A DNA stretch of 34,406 nt from Chloroflexi bacterium RBG_13_53_26 (GTDB lineage: Bacteria; Chloroflexota; Dehalococcoidia; UBA2247; RBG-13-53-26). This document shows positions 8,225 through 17,618 of the stretch, one piece after another; position 1 is the first letter of the stretch; the number at the start of each line of letters is the position of its first letter. The stretch spans positions 1 to 34,406 of the forward strand of contig MGMW01000112.1 in NCBI GenBank assembly GCA_001795035.1. The letters are read 5' to 3'. The position numbers were made by a program, and so were the translations under genes. Under the pieces are notes generated by a model. The model saw nothing but the letters and a program-made list of their open reading frames with translations, was not told where the DNA came from and ran no database searches.

Positions 8225-8715
8225 CGGTTTACTTGGGCCTGGGATCCAATCTGGGCGACAGGGAGCAGAACATCTCCAGAGCAATCGAGATGCTGTCTCA
8301 TTGGCTGCACGTGGAGAAGATCTCATCCTATTATGAAACCGAACCTGTGGGCTATAGCCAGCAACCTCGATTTCTCAATGCTGTCTGTGAGGCTACCACC
8401 ACTCTTGCCCCGGAGGAACTGCTCTCCGCCGGAAAAAAAATTGAGTCCGCCCTGGGCAGGGGAAAAAACACTTTCCCCAACACCCCCCGAATAATAGACA
8501 TAGACATCCTCTTCTATGCTGATAGGACAGTCGAATCCACCCAACTGAATATCCCTCATCCTCGCTTGGAGGAGAGAGCTTTTGTCCTGGTTCCTCTGAC
8601 AGAGATCGCCTCCGAACTGGTCCATCCGGTGAGCGGCAGAACCGCCACGGAGATGCTGAAAGAACTGGGGATGATAGAAGGGGTGACAAAGTGGAAGGAG
8701 GCCAGGAATGTATGA
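8221..8715 (+). CDS. folK: 2-amino-4-hydroxy-6-hydroxymethyldihydropteridine pyrophosphokinase
   Basis: Motifs LGLGSNLGD, YETEP, PRIIDIDIL, IPHPRLEERAFVLVPL. Confidence 0.97.
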   Translation: MTVYLGLGSNLGDREQNISRAIEMLSHWLHVEKISSYYETEPVGYSQQPRFLNAVCEATTTLAPEELLSAGKKIESALGRGKNTFPNTPRIIDIDILFYADRTVESTQLNIPHPRLEERAFVLVPLTEIASELVHPVSGRTATEMLKELGMIEGVTKWKEARNV

Positions 8716-9085
8716 GGTTGCTGTTGAGCAAGAGTTCGATGCCGCCCACTATCTAAGAGGCTATCAGGGCAAGTGTGAGAATGTTCACGGGCATCGTTTT
8801 CGGGTGGTGGCCCGAGTAAGAGCGAAGGAAACAGACGATATCGGCATGGCCTATGATTTCACCCGGCTCAGGCAGCAGCTAGGGCAGGTGGTTGGCAGGT
8901 TTGATCACGTTTGTCTCAATGACACGCCGCCCTTTGACAAGATCAACCCTTCCTCGGAAAATATCGCCTCCACAATTTTCACAGAACTTCAGCCCATCCT
9001 TACAGGAACAGGGTTTTCTCTCTCCAACATCCAGGTATGGGAATCTCCGCATAGCAGCGTGACCTACTTCCCTGAAGGAGAATAG
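8708..9085 (+). CDS. queD: QueD/PTPS family (COG0720) protein with CExxHGH motif
   Basis: Motifs FDAAHYL, CENVHGH, DF, FDH, NPSSENIA, VWES. Confidence 0.9.
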   Translation: MYEVAVEQEFDAAHYLRGYQGKCENVHGHRFRVVARVRAKETDDIGMAYDFTRLRQQLGQVVGRFDHVCLNDTPPFDKINPSSENIASTIFTELQPILTGTGFSLSNIQVWESPHSSVTYFPEGE

Positions 9086-9091
9086 CCTTGG

Positions 9092-9274
9092 CTAGTCTCT
9101 CAGATTCGGTGGGAGGAGATTGGGAATAGCGTCCTCAATGGGGTAGGTCTCCTTACACTTAGCACAGTAAAGCGAGCCGGTAACTATCTCCTTCGTATCC
9201 TCTTTGACGACGGTGAGCTGCAAATCTCCTTTGCACAGAGGACAGGCCAGGATATCCATCAATTCCCTCTTCAC
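9092..9274 (-). CDS. Trm112 family protein
   Basis: LMDILACPLCKGDL...LYCAKC...YPIEDAIPNLLP. Confidence 0.9.
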   Translation of the reverse strand: MKRELMDILACPLCKGDLQLTVVKEDTKEIVTGSLYCAKCKETYPIEDAIPNLLPPNLRD

Positions 9275-9401
9275 TTCGCTCGCCTCCCTTTTGTATATTC
9301 GGTTAGCATTAGATTACTGGAGCAGGCCGAGTTAATCAAGTCAAGGTTGACCGGGGGCGGTAAACTCCTTATTATTCGTAAATGTCTCGGAGGTGCAGAA
9401 T

Positions 9402-9920
9402 ATGATCAGAGCCTTGGGGAATAAGGTTCCCAAGATAGCCGAGTCGGCCTTCGTCAGTGAGGCTGCCTACATAATCGGGGATGTGGAGATAGGGGATAGG
9501 TGTGCCGCTTTCCCAGGGGCGGTTGTCAGGGGCGATTTTGGGCCTATAAGGATCGGCAGTTATGTTCTGATCGAGGACAATGTGGTGATACACGGCGCTC
9601 CGTCCGGGCTGGACATTGGCGATGGTGTGACGCTGGGACATAGTGCAGTGATTAACTCGCGAAGGATTGGGAGTAAAGTGCTCATCGGCATGAATGCCAC
9701 CGTTCTTCACGATTCAGAGATTGGCGATCATTGCATTATCGCTGCAGGGTCAGTTGTTGGCCAGGGTATGAAGGTTCCCGACGGCTCCTTTGTAGCTGGC
9801 GTGCCAGGCAGGATTGTAGGCAAGGCCACCGAGCAGCAACTGAAGTGGGTAGAGCATGATCCGGCGCTCTACTCCTGGTGGCTGGAAATGCTGGAGGAAT
9901 ACAAAAAGGGGCAGCTTTAG
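9402..9920 (+). CDS. Gamma carbonic anhydrase family (left-handed beta-helix) protein
   Basis: Hexapeptide repeats with IIGDVEIG, VRGD, DNVVIH and LGH. ATG at 9402 has SD GGAGG. Confidence 0.88.
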   Translation: MIRALGNKVPKIAESAFVSEAAYIIGDVEIGDRCAAFPGAVVRGDFGPIRIGSYVLIEDNVVIHGAPSGLDIGDGVTLGHSAVINSRRIGSKVLIGMNATVLHDSEIGDHCIIAAGSVVGQGMKVPDGSFVAGVPGRIVGKATEQQLKWVEHDPALYSWWLEMLEEYKKGQL

Positions 9921-9934
9921 GGTTCATCCTCCAC

Positions 9935-11953
9935 CTATATCTTTCGCCCGATCAGAGCAGCTTCTTCAATGGCCTCACAGGCAGTCCTTGCCTTAACGCA
10001 ATCCCCGACCTGATACACCTCAGTCACCATGCCCTGAAGTGCCTCGAACAGAATGCTCTCGGATTTCGACCCCATCGCAATAACCACGGCATCTGCCTCG
10101 GACAGTTCCTCTTTGCCTTCGCGTTCATACACTACACCCGCCCCTGTGATGCGGCGGGCAGTCGCCTTGGTAATGACCTTCACGTTGTGCAAGCGAAGGG
10201 CGAATCTCACTGAGGCTCTGGTGGTAGGACCCATGTCCTGACCGATGCGATCCAGCATCTCCAGTATGGTAACCTCGGGGCCTTTGCGTGTCATCTGGAC
10301 AGCAGTCTCGGCGTCTAAAGCTCCACCCAAGGCCAGGAATACTGCAGATTCTGCCGACATGGGACCCTGCTTGGCAATGAACAACGCTGTCTCCATGCCC
10401 ACTGCCCCACCCCCGATCACCACCACTCGCTTCCCCAACGCCACCCTTTGCTCCAGGACATCCCAGGCCCAGACCACGTTGCCGCCGTCAATCCCTGGAA
10501 TATTGGGGTGTAGAGGAGTAGCACCGGTAGCCACCACCACCACGTCAGGCGCTCGCTTCTTCACAGTATCCACATCAATCTCTTTGCCCAACTCCACCTT
10601 GACTCCGACTCTGTACAGTTCCTTGGAGAGATAGTTGACGGCGCTGGCAAACTCACCTCGCCCGGGCGGCACAGCAGCCAGGTTTAACTGACCGCCGAGC
10701 TTGTGCGACTTCTCGAACAGAGTCACCTTGTGTCCCCTTTGCGCCAGCGTGCGAGCAGCCTCCATGCCGGCTGGCCCACCACCAATGACGAACACCTTCT
10801 TGGGTTTGTCAGCATGGATCAGCGCATACTCTCTTTCTCTTCCAGCGGCCGGGTTGAAGGTGCAGGTGATTTCTTTCATCGCGAAGACAGCATCAAGGCA
10901 GCGCTGGTTGCACGCAGTACACTGTCGGATCTCATCATAGCGTCCTTCGGCTGCCTTCTTGGGCCATTCAGGATCAGTCAAGAAGGGTCGGCCCATCCCT
11001 ACCATGTCGGCCTGGTTGTTTATCAGTATCTGCTCGGCTAGGAAGGGATTGTTGATACGGTTGCAGGCGATCACCGGTACTTTGACTACTTGTTTGATTC
11101 CCTCAGCCAGGTAAACATAAGCACCCCGGGGAACGTCCATTGAGGCTAAGGGGAGAAAGGATTGATGCCATCCGGCGGTTACATTGACCAGATCGATGCC
11201 AGCTTTCTCCAAGGCTTTCGCGATGGTCTTCATTTCCTCCTGCCGATTGCCTCCCTTCATGAACTCATCACCGGAGGCGCGATAGGAGATAGGGAAACCG
11301 GGGCCGACTCTGGCCCTTATCTCTTTGACTACTTCCAGGGGGAACCTCATCCGCCTCTCGAAATCTCCGCCATACTCGTCGCTGCGCGTGTTGGTCAGCG
11401 GCGAGAGGAACTGATTCATCAAGTAGCCGCCATTGCCCACAAGCTCTACCCCATCGAAGCCGCCCTCTTTGGCTCTCCAGGCTCCTTCACCGAAATGCTG
11501 AATAAGCAGCTTGACCTCTGCCGTTGTCATTTCGCGGGGCATTACGCGAGTGAGTGTGTTGCGGATTGCCGAGGGCGCTGCCGGCGGGCCACCGTCTGCA
11601 GTGGAAAAGCATGATGATCCCATGTTCATCATTTGCCCAAAGACCATGGCACCGTGCTCATGCATCGCTTCGGTCAGCCTCTTTAGCCCGGGGAGAAACC
11701 TGTCATCATCCAGGGCTGGGATATTTGGCAGGTATACACAAAAATCGTTGTATCCGCAGACAACATAGATCAGCCCTGCCCCGCCCTTTGCTCTCTCGAT
11801 GTAGAAATCGACCATGCCGTCGGTGACTTGGCCATCCTTGGTAGCTCGTCCCAGTCCCATCGGAGACATGGCAATCCGGTTCTTGACCTGCACGTCGGCG
11901 ATTTTGATGGGCTCAAAAAGCTTCCTGAGTATTCTCATTGTCCATCCTTTCAT
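9935..11953 (-). CDS. Old-yellow-enzyme family NAD(P)H:flavin oxidoreductase, FadH (2,4-dienoyl-CoA reductase)-like
   Basis: TIM-barrel motifs NRIAMSPM and GYLMNQFLSP..N.R.DEYGG, the CTACNQRC...C [4Fe-4S] motif, and two GGGxxG dinucleotide motifs. Start uncertain (11938-11983). Confidence 0.9.
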   Translation of the reverse strand: MKGWTMRILRKLFEPIKIADVQVKNRIAMSPMGLGRATKDGQVTDGMVDFYIERAKGGAGLIYVVCGYNDFCVYLPNIPALDDDRFLPGLKRLTEAMHEHGAMVFGQMMNMGSSCFSTADGGPPAAPSAIRNTLTRVMPREMTTAEVKLLIQHFGEGAWRAKEGGFDGVELVGNGGYLMNQFLSPLTNTRSDEYGGDFERRMRFPLEVVKEIRARVGPGFPISYRASGDEFMKGGNRQEEMKTIAKALEKAGIDLVNVTAGWHQSFLPLASMDVPRGAYVYLAEGIKQVVKVPVIACNRINNPFLAEQILINNQADMVGMGRPFLTDPEWPKKAAEGRYDEIRQCTACNQRCLDAVFAMKEITCTFNPAAGREREYALIHADKPKKVFVIGGGPAGMEAARTLAQRGHKVTLFEKSHKLGGQLNLAAVPPGRGEFASAVNYLSKELYRVGVKVELGKEIDVDTVKKRAPDVVVVATGATPLHPNIPGIDGGNVVWAWDVLEQRVALGKRVVVIGGGAVGMETALFIAKQGPMSAESAVFLALGGALDAETAVQMTRKGPEVTILEMLDRIGQDMGPTTRASVRFALRLHNVKVITKATARRITGAGVVYEREGKEELSEADAVVIAMGSKSESILFEALQGMVTEVYQVGDCVKARTACEAIEEAALIGRKI

Positions 11954-12348
11954 ATTCCCTTCGACAGTCAGCACCGTAGCCAACTATCGTCATTGCCCAT
12001 GATCCAGACTATGGATGATCTGACATTTGACTGCAATACGGTTCTCGCCATGGCCTTCCCCAAATAGTGTACCATTAGGGCGTCTCTGGGCGCATGGTTT
12101 TACACACACCCTGGGTAATGCATCCTTGATCGAGAGCTGTCTCTCTGAACCTTCCCAGCCATCGGCAATTGCTCCGCTTTATCAACCGCCGTCTGATGTG
12201 CTGGTGAATCATACATCCTGTATAATTACGAAAATGTCTCCTCACTTGCCGGAATCCTCTGAATGCCTGGGAAGGCATGCCATGAACTCTGATTCTTCAG
12301 GTTTCGAACTGTAACCACATCCCTCATGGTACGGAGAGGAGGACAAAA

Positions 12349-13845
12349 ATGATGAATCCCGTTCGGGAATATCGAAAATGTGAGATTGCGGACAAACGTC
12401 AACTTGAGGATATCGTTGGGGCAGACAACGTTATCGACGATCCAACCGTACTGGAAGAGCATACTCACGACATGAGCTTCACTGCTGGTCGTCCGCCCGT
12501 TCTTGTTGTGAGGCCCAAGCAGGCGCAACAGGTTCAGGAAATCGTCAAGTGGGCCAACCGAACGTTGATGCCTCTGATACCTGTTAGCTCTGGCCCCCCT
12601 CATTTCAAGGGTGACACCGTTCCTGCATTGGGTGGATTAATAATAGACCTCTCGGGAATGAAGAATATCTTGCGCATCGATCGCAGGAACCGCGTGGCAA
12701 TGATCGAGCCCGGCGTTACATTCGGGGCTCTTAGACCTGAGATTGAAAAGCACCATATGCGATTGATGCTCCCACTGGCACCTAGAGTCACCAAATCGAT
12801 AGTTGGCAGTTATCTGGAGCGTGAACCGATCTTGGTGCCGAAATACCACTGGGACATGTCTGACCCCCTTTGCTGCACAGAGGTGATCTTCGGTACAGGC
12901 GACATGTTCAGGACAGGCGCCGCCGCCGGTCCGGGCACACTGGAGGAACAGTGGGAATCGGGCCAAGCCCAGAAGAACCCACTGGGCCCCGGGCCGAGCG
13001 ATCTGTTCAGAGTGGTGCAGGGTGCGCAGGGCACGCTGGGGATAGTTACATGGGCCACAATCCGACTGGAGCTCTTGCCATCCGTCCAGAAACTGTTCAT
13101 GGTGGGCTGCGAGAGAGTGGATGAAATCATAGACTTTGTGTACCGGCTGCAGCGGCTCAAATTGGGCGACGAGTGCCTGATCCTTGACCGTCTCAATCTG
13201 GCCTCGATTCTTGAGCAGGACGCTCAGTCCATGGAAGAACTCCGATCGGCACTGCCACCGTATATCCTGATCCTGGTCATCGCAGGTTACGATAGATTTC
13301 CCGAGGAACGGGTAGACTACCAGACAAAGGACATAGTGGAGATCGCTGAGAGATACGGTGTCCACCCTGTAACGGCACTGCCTGGAGTGGATTCCAGAAA
13401 GCTTCTTCAGGCCCTGAGTGAGCCTAGTGCCGAACCATATTGGAAGCTGCGTTACAAAGGCAACAGCGCCGACATATTCTTCCTGACGACCCTGGACCGA
13501 TGCCCACAATTCGTAGAGACCATGGGCAGGGTTGCCGGCGAAACAGATTTCCCAACAACCAGCATTGGCACATATATCCAGCCGATACAACAGGGCCGTT
13601 CCTGTCATGTGGAGTTTGACCTGGCGTTCGATCCGAACAATGTGATGGAAGCAGCCCGGACAAAGAGAACCTTTGAGCAAGCAAGCAGGGTCCTGATGCA
13701 AGAAGGGGCTTTCTTCTCCAGACCTTATGGAATGTGGTCGGCAATGATAAGTAGCCAATATGCAGAGAATGTGATTGCGCTGAGAAAGGTGAAGAGGATT
13801 TTCGACCCTAACAACGTGATGAACCCAGGGAAGCTCTACTTCTAA
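12349..13845 (+). CDS. FAD-linked oxidoreductase (GlcD/VAO-PCMH superfamily)
   Basis: Motifs IIDLSGMKNIL, EPGVT, GAQGTLGIVT, FDPNNVMNPGK; SD GGAGG. Confidence 0.88.
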   Translation: MMNPVREYRKCEIADKRQLEDIVGADNVIDDPTVLEEHTHDMSFTAGRPPVLVVRPKQAQQVQEIVKWANRTLMPLIPVSSGPPHFKGDTVPALGGLIIDLSGMKNILRIDRRNRVAMIEPGVTFGALRPEIEKHHMRLMLPLAPRVTKSIVGSYLEREPILVPKYHWDMSDPLCCTEVIFGTGDMFRTGAAAGPGTLEEQWESGQAQKNPLGPGPSDLFRVVQGAQGTLGIVTWATIRLELLPSVQKLFMVGCERVDEIIDFVYRLQRLKLGDECLILDRLNLASILEQDAQSMEELRSALPPYILILVIAGYDRFPEERVDYQTKDIVEIAERYGVHPVTALPGVDSRKLLQALSEPSAEPYWKLRYKGNSADIFFLTTLDRCPQFVETMGRVAGETDFPTTSIGTYIQPIQQGRSCHVEFDLAFDPNNVMEAARTKRTFEQASRVLMQEGAFFSRPYGMWSAMISSQYAENVIALRKVKRIFDPNNVMNPGKLYF

Positions 13846-13858
13846 TGGACTTGAAAGT

Positions 13859-14644
13859 ATGCAGGTCGTCGTCTGCATAAAACAGATACTCGATCCGGAG
13901 ATGCCCCGTTCTGCCTTCAAGATTGACTCGGAGAAGAAACGGGTGGTTCCGCCACAAGGCATCCCGCCGGTAATTTCACCGTTCGACGAAAATGCGCTTG
14001 AGGCAGCATTGCGCATAAAGGATGAGCACAAAGCCAAGGTAATTGCGCTGAGCATGGGGAATAGACTGTCCCGTCCACTGCTCACGAAGGCTTTGGCCGC
14101 GGGCGCGGACGAACTGATCTTACTTGAAGATACAGTCTTCGAATACCTGGATAGCTTCGCAAGCGCAAGTGTTCTGGCGGCCGCGATCAGAAAAATCGGT
14201 GTTGCCGACATCGTATTCACCGGGCGCCAAGCTGCTGACTGGGACTCGGGTATCACCGGTTGTGCTATCGCGGAAGAGTTAGGGCTACCCTGCGTCACCA
14301 TAGCCAGAAAGGTCGAGGTAAACAGGGGGCAAATGAGGATAGAGCGAGTGATCGCAGATGGCTTTGAGATCGTTCAGGCACCCCTTCCATGCGTCATTAC
14401 CGTTGATAGCGACTTAGGGGGATTACGTCACGTCACTCTGCAGGACCTATCGTCTGCACGGAAGAAGCCACTGCAGGTATGGAAGGCAGGAGACTTGAAC
14501 ATGTCCCCACCCCCACCACGGTGCGAGCTTCTCGACTTGTACGTCCCTAAGCGCGAAACAGTCTGCGAAGTGATTAACGGGAAGACTCCTGAAGAGGCGG
14601 CAGCAAGACTCGCCGATAGACTACGAGAGGAAGGCTTCCTGTGA
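13859..14644 (+). CDS. etfB: Electron transfer flavoprotein beta subunit (FixA-like)
   Basis: Motifs VCIKQILDP, SPFDENALEAAL, TGRQAADWDSG, LPCVIT. Confidence 0.93.
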   Translation: MQVVVCIKQILDPEMPRSAFKIDSEKKRVVPPQGIPPVISPFDENALEAALRIKDEHKAKVIALSMGNRLSRPLLTKALAAGADELILLEDTVFEYLDSFASASVLAAAIRKIGVADIVFTGRQAADWDSGITGCAIAEELGLPCVTIARKVEVNRGQMRIERVIADGFEIVQAPLPCVITVDSDLGGLRHVTLQDLSSARKKPLQVWKAGDLNMSPPPPRCELLDLYVPKRETVCEVINGKTPEEAAARLADRLREEGFL

Positions 14645-14667
14645 CTAAAGGGTGAGGGAGAGAGACG

Positions 14668-15954
14668 ATGATACTTGAGCTCAAGGACTACGTAGGTGAC
14701 ATGAAAAGATGTGCCAGGTGCTCGTTGTGCAAATGGCCACCTCTGGCCCAAATGAAGAGCTGGAGATTCTCGAATAACTGCCCCAGCATTGCCAGGTACA
14801 ATTTTCACTCGTACTCTGGCGGCGGCAGGATGGCCCTGGGACTAGCCCTGGCCGAAGGGCGGCTGGATGAGATAACGGATGAACTGTTGAACATTGTCTA
14901 CCGATGTACAGCCTGCGGTGCCTGCGATTCATCCTGCAAGTACAATGCCGAACTGGAAGTTCTATGGCCCATCTACTCCACCCGCGCACACCTTGTAGGC
15001 ATGGGATACTTGCTACCCGAGCACTCGATGATCATTGAGAGTCTCAGGAAAGAAGACAACACCATGATGCAGCCCAAAGCCGATCGCGGCAAATGGGCCG
15101 AAGGTCTTGACGTCAAAGATCTCTCCAAAGGCGAGAAAGCAGAGGTTGTATATCATGCCGGATGTCTCTACTGCTACGACCCGGAGCTGTCAGCCATAGC
15201 CAGAGATACGGTCACGCTGCTCAAAGAGGCCGGAGTTGATGTGGGTATCAGGGGCAGCCAGGAGACATGCTGCGGTAGTATCGCCTTCCAACTGGGCTTT
15301 CAGGGTGAGTTCATTAAGTTCGCCGAGAGCAATATCGATGACTGGAATGCAGCCGGCGTGACAGAAGTCATCACTTCATGTGCCTGCGGATTCGGCATCA
15401 TGAAGTCCGTGTATCCGCTTCTGGGCAAGGAAATGAAGTTCAAGGTGCTGCATATAACCCAGTATCTTGACGAACTGATCAAGCAGGGCAAGTTGAAGCT
15501 TTCCAGAAGTTTGTCCATGCGGGTCACCTATCACGACCCATGCAACCTGGGTCGGAAATCCGAGACATACGTGCCGTGGAAAGGCGAAGAAAAGAAGGTG
15601 CTCGGCCAATTCATCCTGAGGGAACCAGAGAAGATTGTACACCGGGGCTGGAACGGCATTTATGAGCCTCCCCGCAATATCATAAGGAGTGTGCCCGGTA
15701 TCCATCTGGTGGAGATGGAGAGGATCATGGAGTACTCCTGGTGCTGCGGGGCTGGTTCTGGTGTGAAGCAGACGATGAACGATCTCGCGCTCTGGACCGC
15801 ATCCGAACGCATAGAGGAAGCGAAGTCTGTAGGCAGCGAAGCAATCATAACTGCTTGCCCATGGTGTGAGCGCAATTTCAAGGATGCGATCACGGAGGCT
15901 GGAGACAATCTAATGGTCTATGACATTGTAGAACTGGTTAGACAAGCTCTATAA
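14668..15954 (+). CDS. Fe-S oxidoreductase, HdrD/GlpC/GlcF-like (2x ferredoxin motifs + CCG domains)
   Basis: Motifs CARCSLC, CTACGACDSSC, ETCCG, TYHDPC, WCCGAG, TACPWC. Confidence 0.9.
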   Translation: MILELKDYVGDMKRCARCSLCKWPPLAQMKSWRFSNNCPSIARYNFHSYSGGGRMALGLALAEGRLDEITDELLNIVYRCTACGACDSSCKYNAELEVLWPIYSTRAHLVGMGYLLPEHSMIIESLRKEDNTMMQPKADRGKWAEGLDVKDLSKGEKAEVVYHAGCLYCYDPELSAIARDTVTLLKEAGVDVGIRGSQETCCGSIAFQLGFQGEFIKFAESNIDDWNAAGVTEVITSCACGFGIMKSVYPLLGKEMKFKVLHITQYLDELIKQGKLKLSRSLSMRVTYHDPCNLGRKSETYVPWKGEEKKVLGQFILREPEKIVHRGWNGIYEPPRNIIRSVPGIHLVEMERIMEYSWCCGAGSGVKQTMNDLALWTASERIEEAKSVGSEAIITACPWCERNFKDAITEAGDNLMVYDIVELVRQAL

Positions 15955-15983
15955 CCACTCTTTTGAGAGTGAAGGAGGCAATA

Positions 15984-17546
15984 ATGGCCCTTCGCGGAGA
16001 TATTTACAGATTGTTTGAAAGTGTTGTCGGCCCTGAGAACATATCAGACGATCCGGCGGTGCTCAGATCATACATGTATCAGCCGTTTGGAGCCAAGGAG
16101 GGCGTGTGGGCCGATATCTCGCCTGCGGCCGTTATCATGCCCTCGAGCACTGAGGAGGTCGTTGCCATAGCCAAAATCTGCAATAGATACGGCATTGTGT
16201 TCAAGGCCATGAGCACCGGGTGGGGCATGCACAACCTGCCGGGAGTTGAGGGTGCAGTGTCTCTTGACCTGCGCCGCATGAATCGCATCCTCGAGATAGA
16301 CGAAAAAAACATGTACGCTGTTGTCGAGCCACACGTGATCTGTATGCAACTCCAGGTAGAGGCAATGAAAAAGGGCCTGAACTGCCACATTATCGGCGCA
16401 GGATCCAATACATCGGTGCTGGCCAGTGCGACTTCAGTGGTTGGCTACGGACCGGATGGACTGAGTATGGGGTTCAGCGGGCGCAATCTTCTTGGGGTAG
16501 AATGGGTACTTCCTACCGGCGATGTTCTCAAGCTAGGATCCCTAGGTGCAGACTCGGGCTGGTTCTGCGGCGATGGTCCAGGCCCCAGCCTGCGAGGCAT
16601 AATGAGGGGTTGGGAAGGAGCTTGGGGAGGCCTCGGCGTTTTCACCAAAGGTGCTGTTAAGCTGTTCCACTGGAACGGGCCGACTGAACTAGAGATGAAG
16701 CGAACACCTCCAAATTACGTACTCAAGGAGCCTCTCAGGTTTTTCAAAGTTTCGCTGTTCAGTTTCTCCACTATCGAGAAACTCGCAGAGGCAGCCCTGA
16801 AGTTAGGGGAGGCAGAGATCGGATACTTCATTTCGCGGCTAAGCCCGTCCTTTGTTGGCCTGCAGTTGGCTTCTGGTGCGAATTACGTTGCCACATGGAA
16901 TACGGGCATGCTTCAGCAAATGCTGAAGTATGCCTTCCTCTTTGTTATCTTCGCTAACTCTGAGAGGGAGTTTGAGTATCAGCAAAAATTGCTGGCGCAG
17001 ATTCTTGAAGAGACCGACGGTCAGACTTCGCCAATATCTGAGACCAAGGAGATGCAGGAGCAGACTTCAACAGCCGTAATCAAAGTGGATGCAGTTGTAC
17101 GCTCATGCTTCCGAACTACAGGGGGGTTCAATACATCTTTCGGCTCTATGGATACTGTGGACTTGGCCATGAATCAGATCAAGGCAGGTACGGAACTTAA
17201 AGACAAGTACATCAATAAGGGCGTCATCATGGACGACGGAGGAGACAATTCCGCCACATTAGCGTTTGACCAGGGACATCTTGCCTATACTGAAATGTTG
17301 ATTATGTACGATCACCACGACCGTGATTCTGCAGAAGGTGCCTGTCAGTATCTGGCTGAGTCAAATCAGGCGTGTTTGGACAAGAAGCTCGGACCACCAA
17401 TATTCCAGATCTCGCAGATCGGCAAGGGGAAGCACGGGGCTTTCGGGCCCGCATGTTTCAATTATGATAGCTGGCTGCGCAAAATCAAAGGAGAATTTGA
17501 CCCGAACAATACGTCCGATCCTACTGCCTACGCATCGCCGGAATGA
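15984..17546 (+). CDS. FAD-linked oxidoreductase (GlcD/VAO-PCMH superfamily), second subunit
   Basis: Motifs PSSTEEV, STGWG, LDLRRMNRILEID, GGLGVFTK, FDPNNTSDP. ATG at 15984 has SD AAGGAGG. Confidence 0.88.
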   Translation: MALRGDIYRLFESVVGPENISDDPAVLRSYMYQPFGAKEGVWADISPAAVIMPSSTEEVVAIAKICNRYGIVFKAMSTGWGMHNLPGVEGAVSLDLRRMNRILEIDEKNMYAVVEPHVICMQLQVEAMKKGLNCHIIGAGSNTSVLASATSVVGYGPDGLSMGFSGRNLLGVEWVLPTGDVLKLGSLGADSGWFCGDGPGPSLRGIMRGWEGAWGGLGVFTKGAVKLFHWNGPTELEMKRTPPNYVLKEPLRFFKVSLFSFSTIEKLAEAALKLGEAEIGYFISRLSPSFVGLQLASGANYVATWNTGMLQQMLKYAFLFVIFANSEREFEYQQKLLAQILEETDGQTSPISETKEMQEQTSTAVIKVDAVVRSCFRTTGGFNTSFGSMDTVDLAMNQIKAGTELKDKYINKGVIMDDGGDNSATLAFDQGHLAYTEMLIMYDHHDRDSAEGACQYLAESNQACLDKKLGPPIFQISQIGKGKHGAFGPACFNYDSWLRKIKGEFDPNNTSDPTAYASPE

Positions 17547-17618
17547 TGATATTAACTACCTCACCCGGCATTCGACCGCAATCCGTGAATAGTCTCAGTA
17601 TTCGAAGGAGGTGGCTAG

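Noticed and set aside
12637-14301. 554-aa minus-strand ORF
   Set aside because: Antisense shadow of the FAD oxidoreductase and etfB genes; no motifs.
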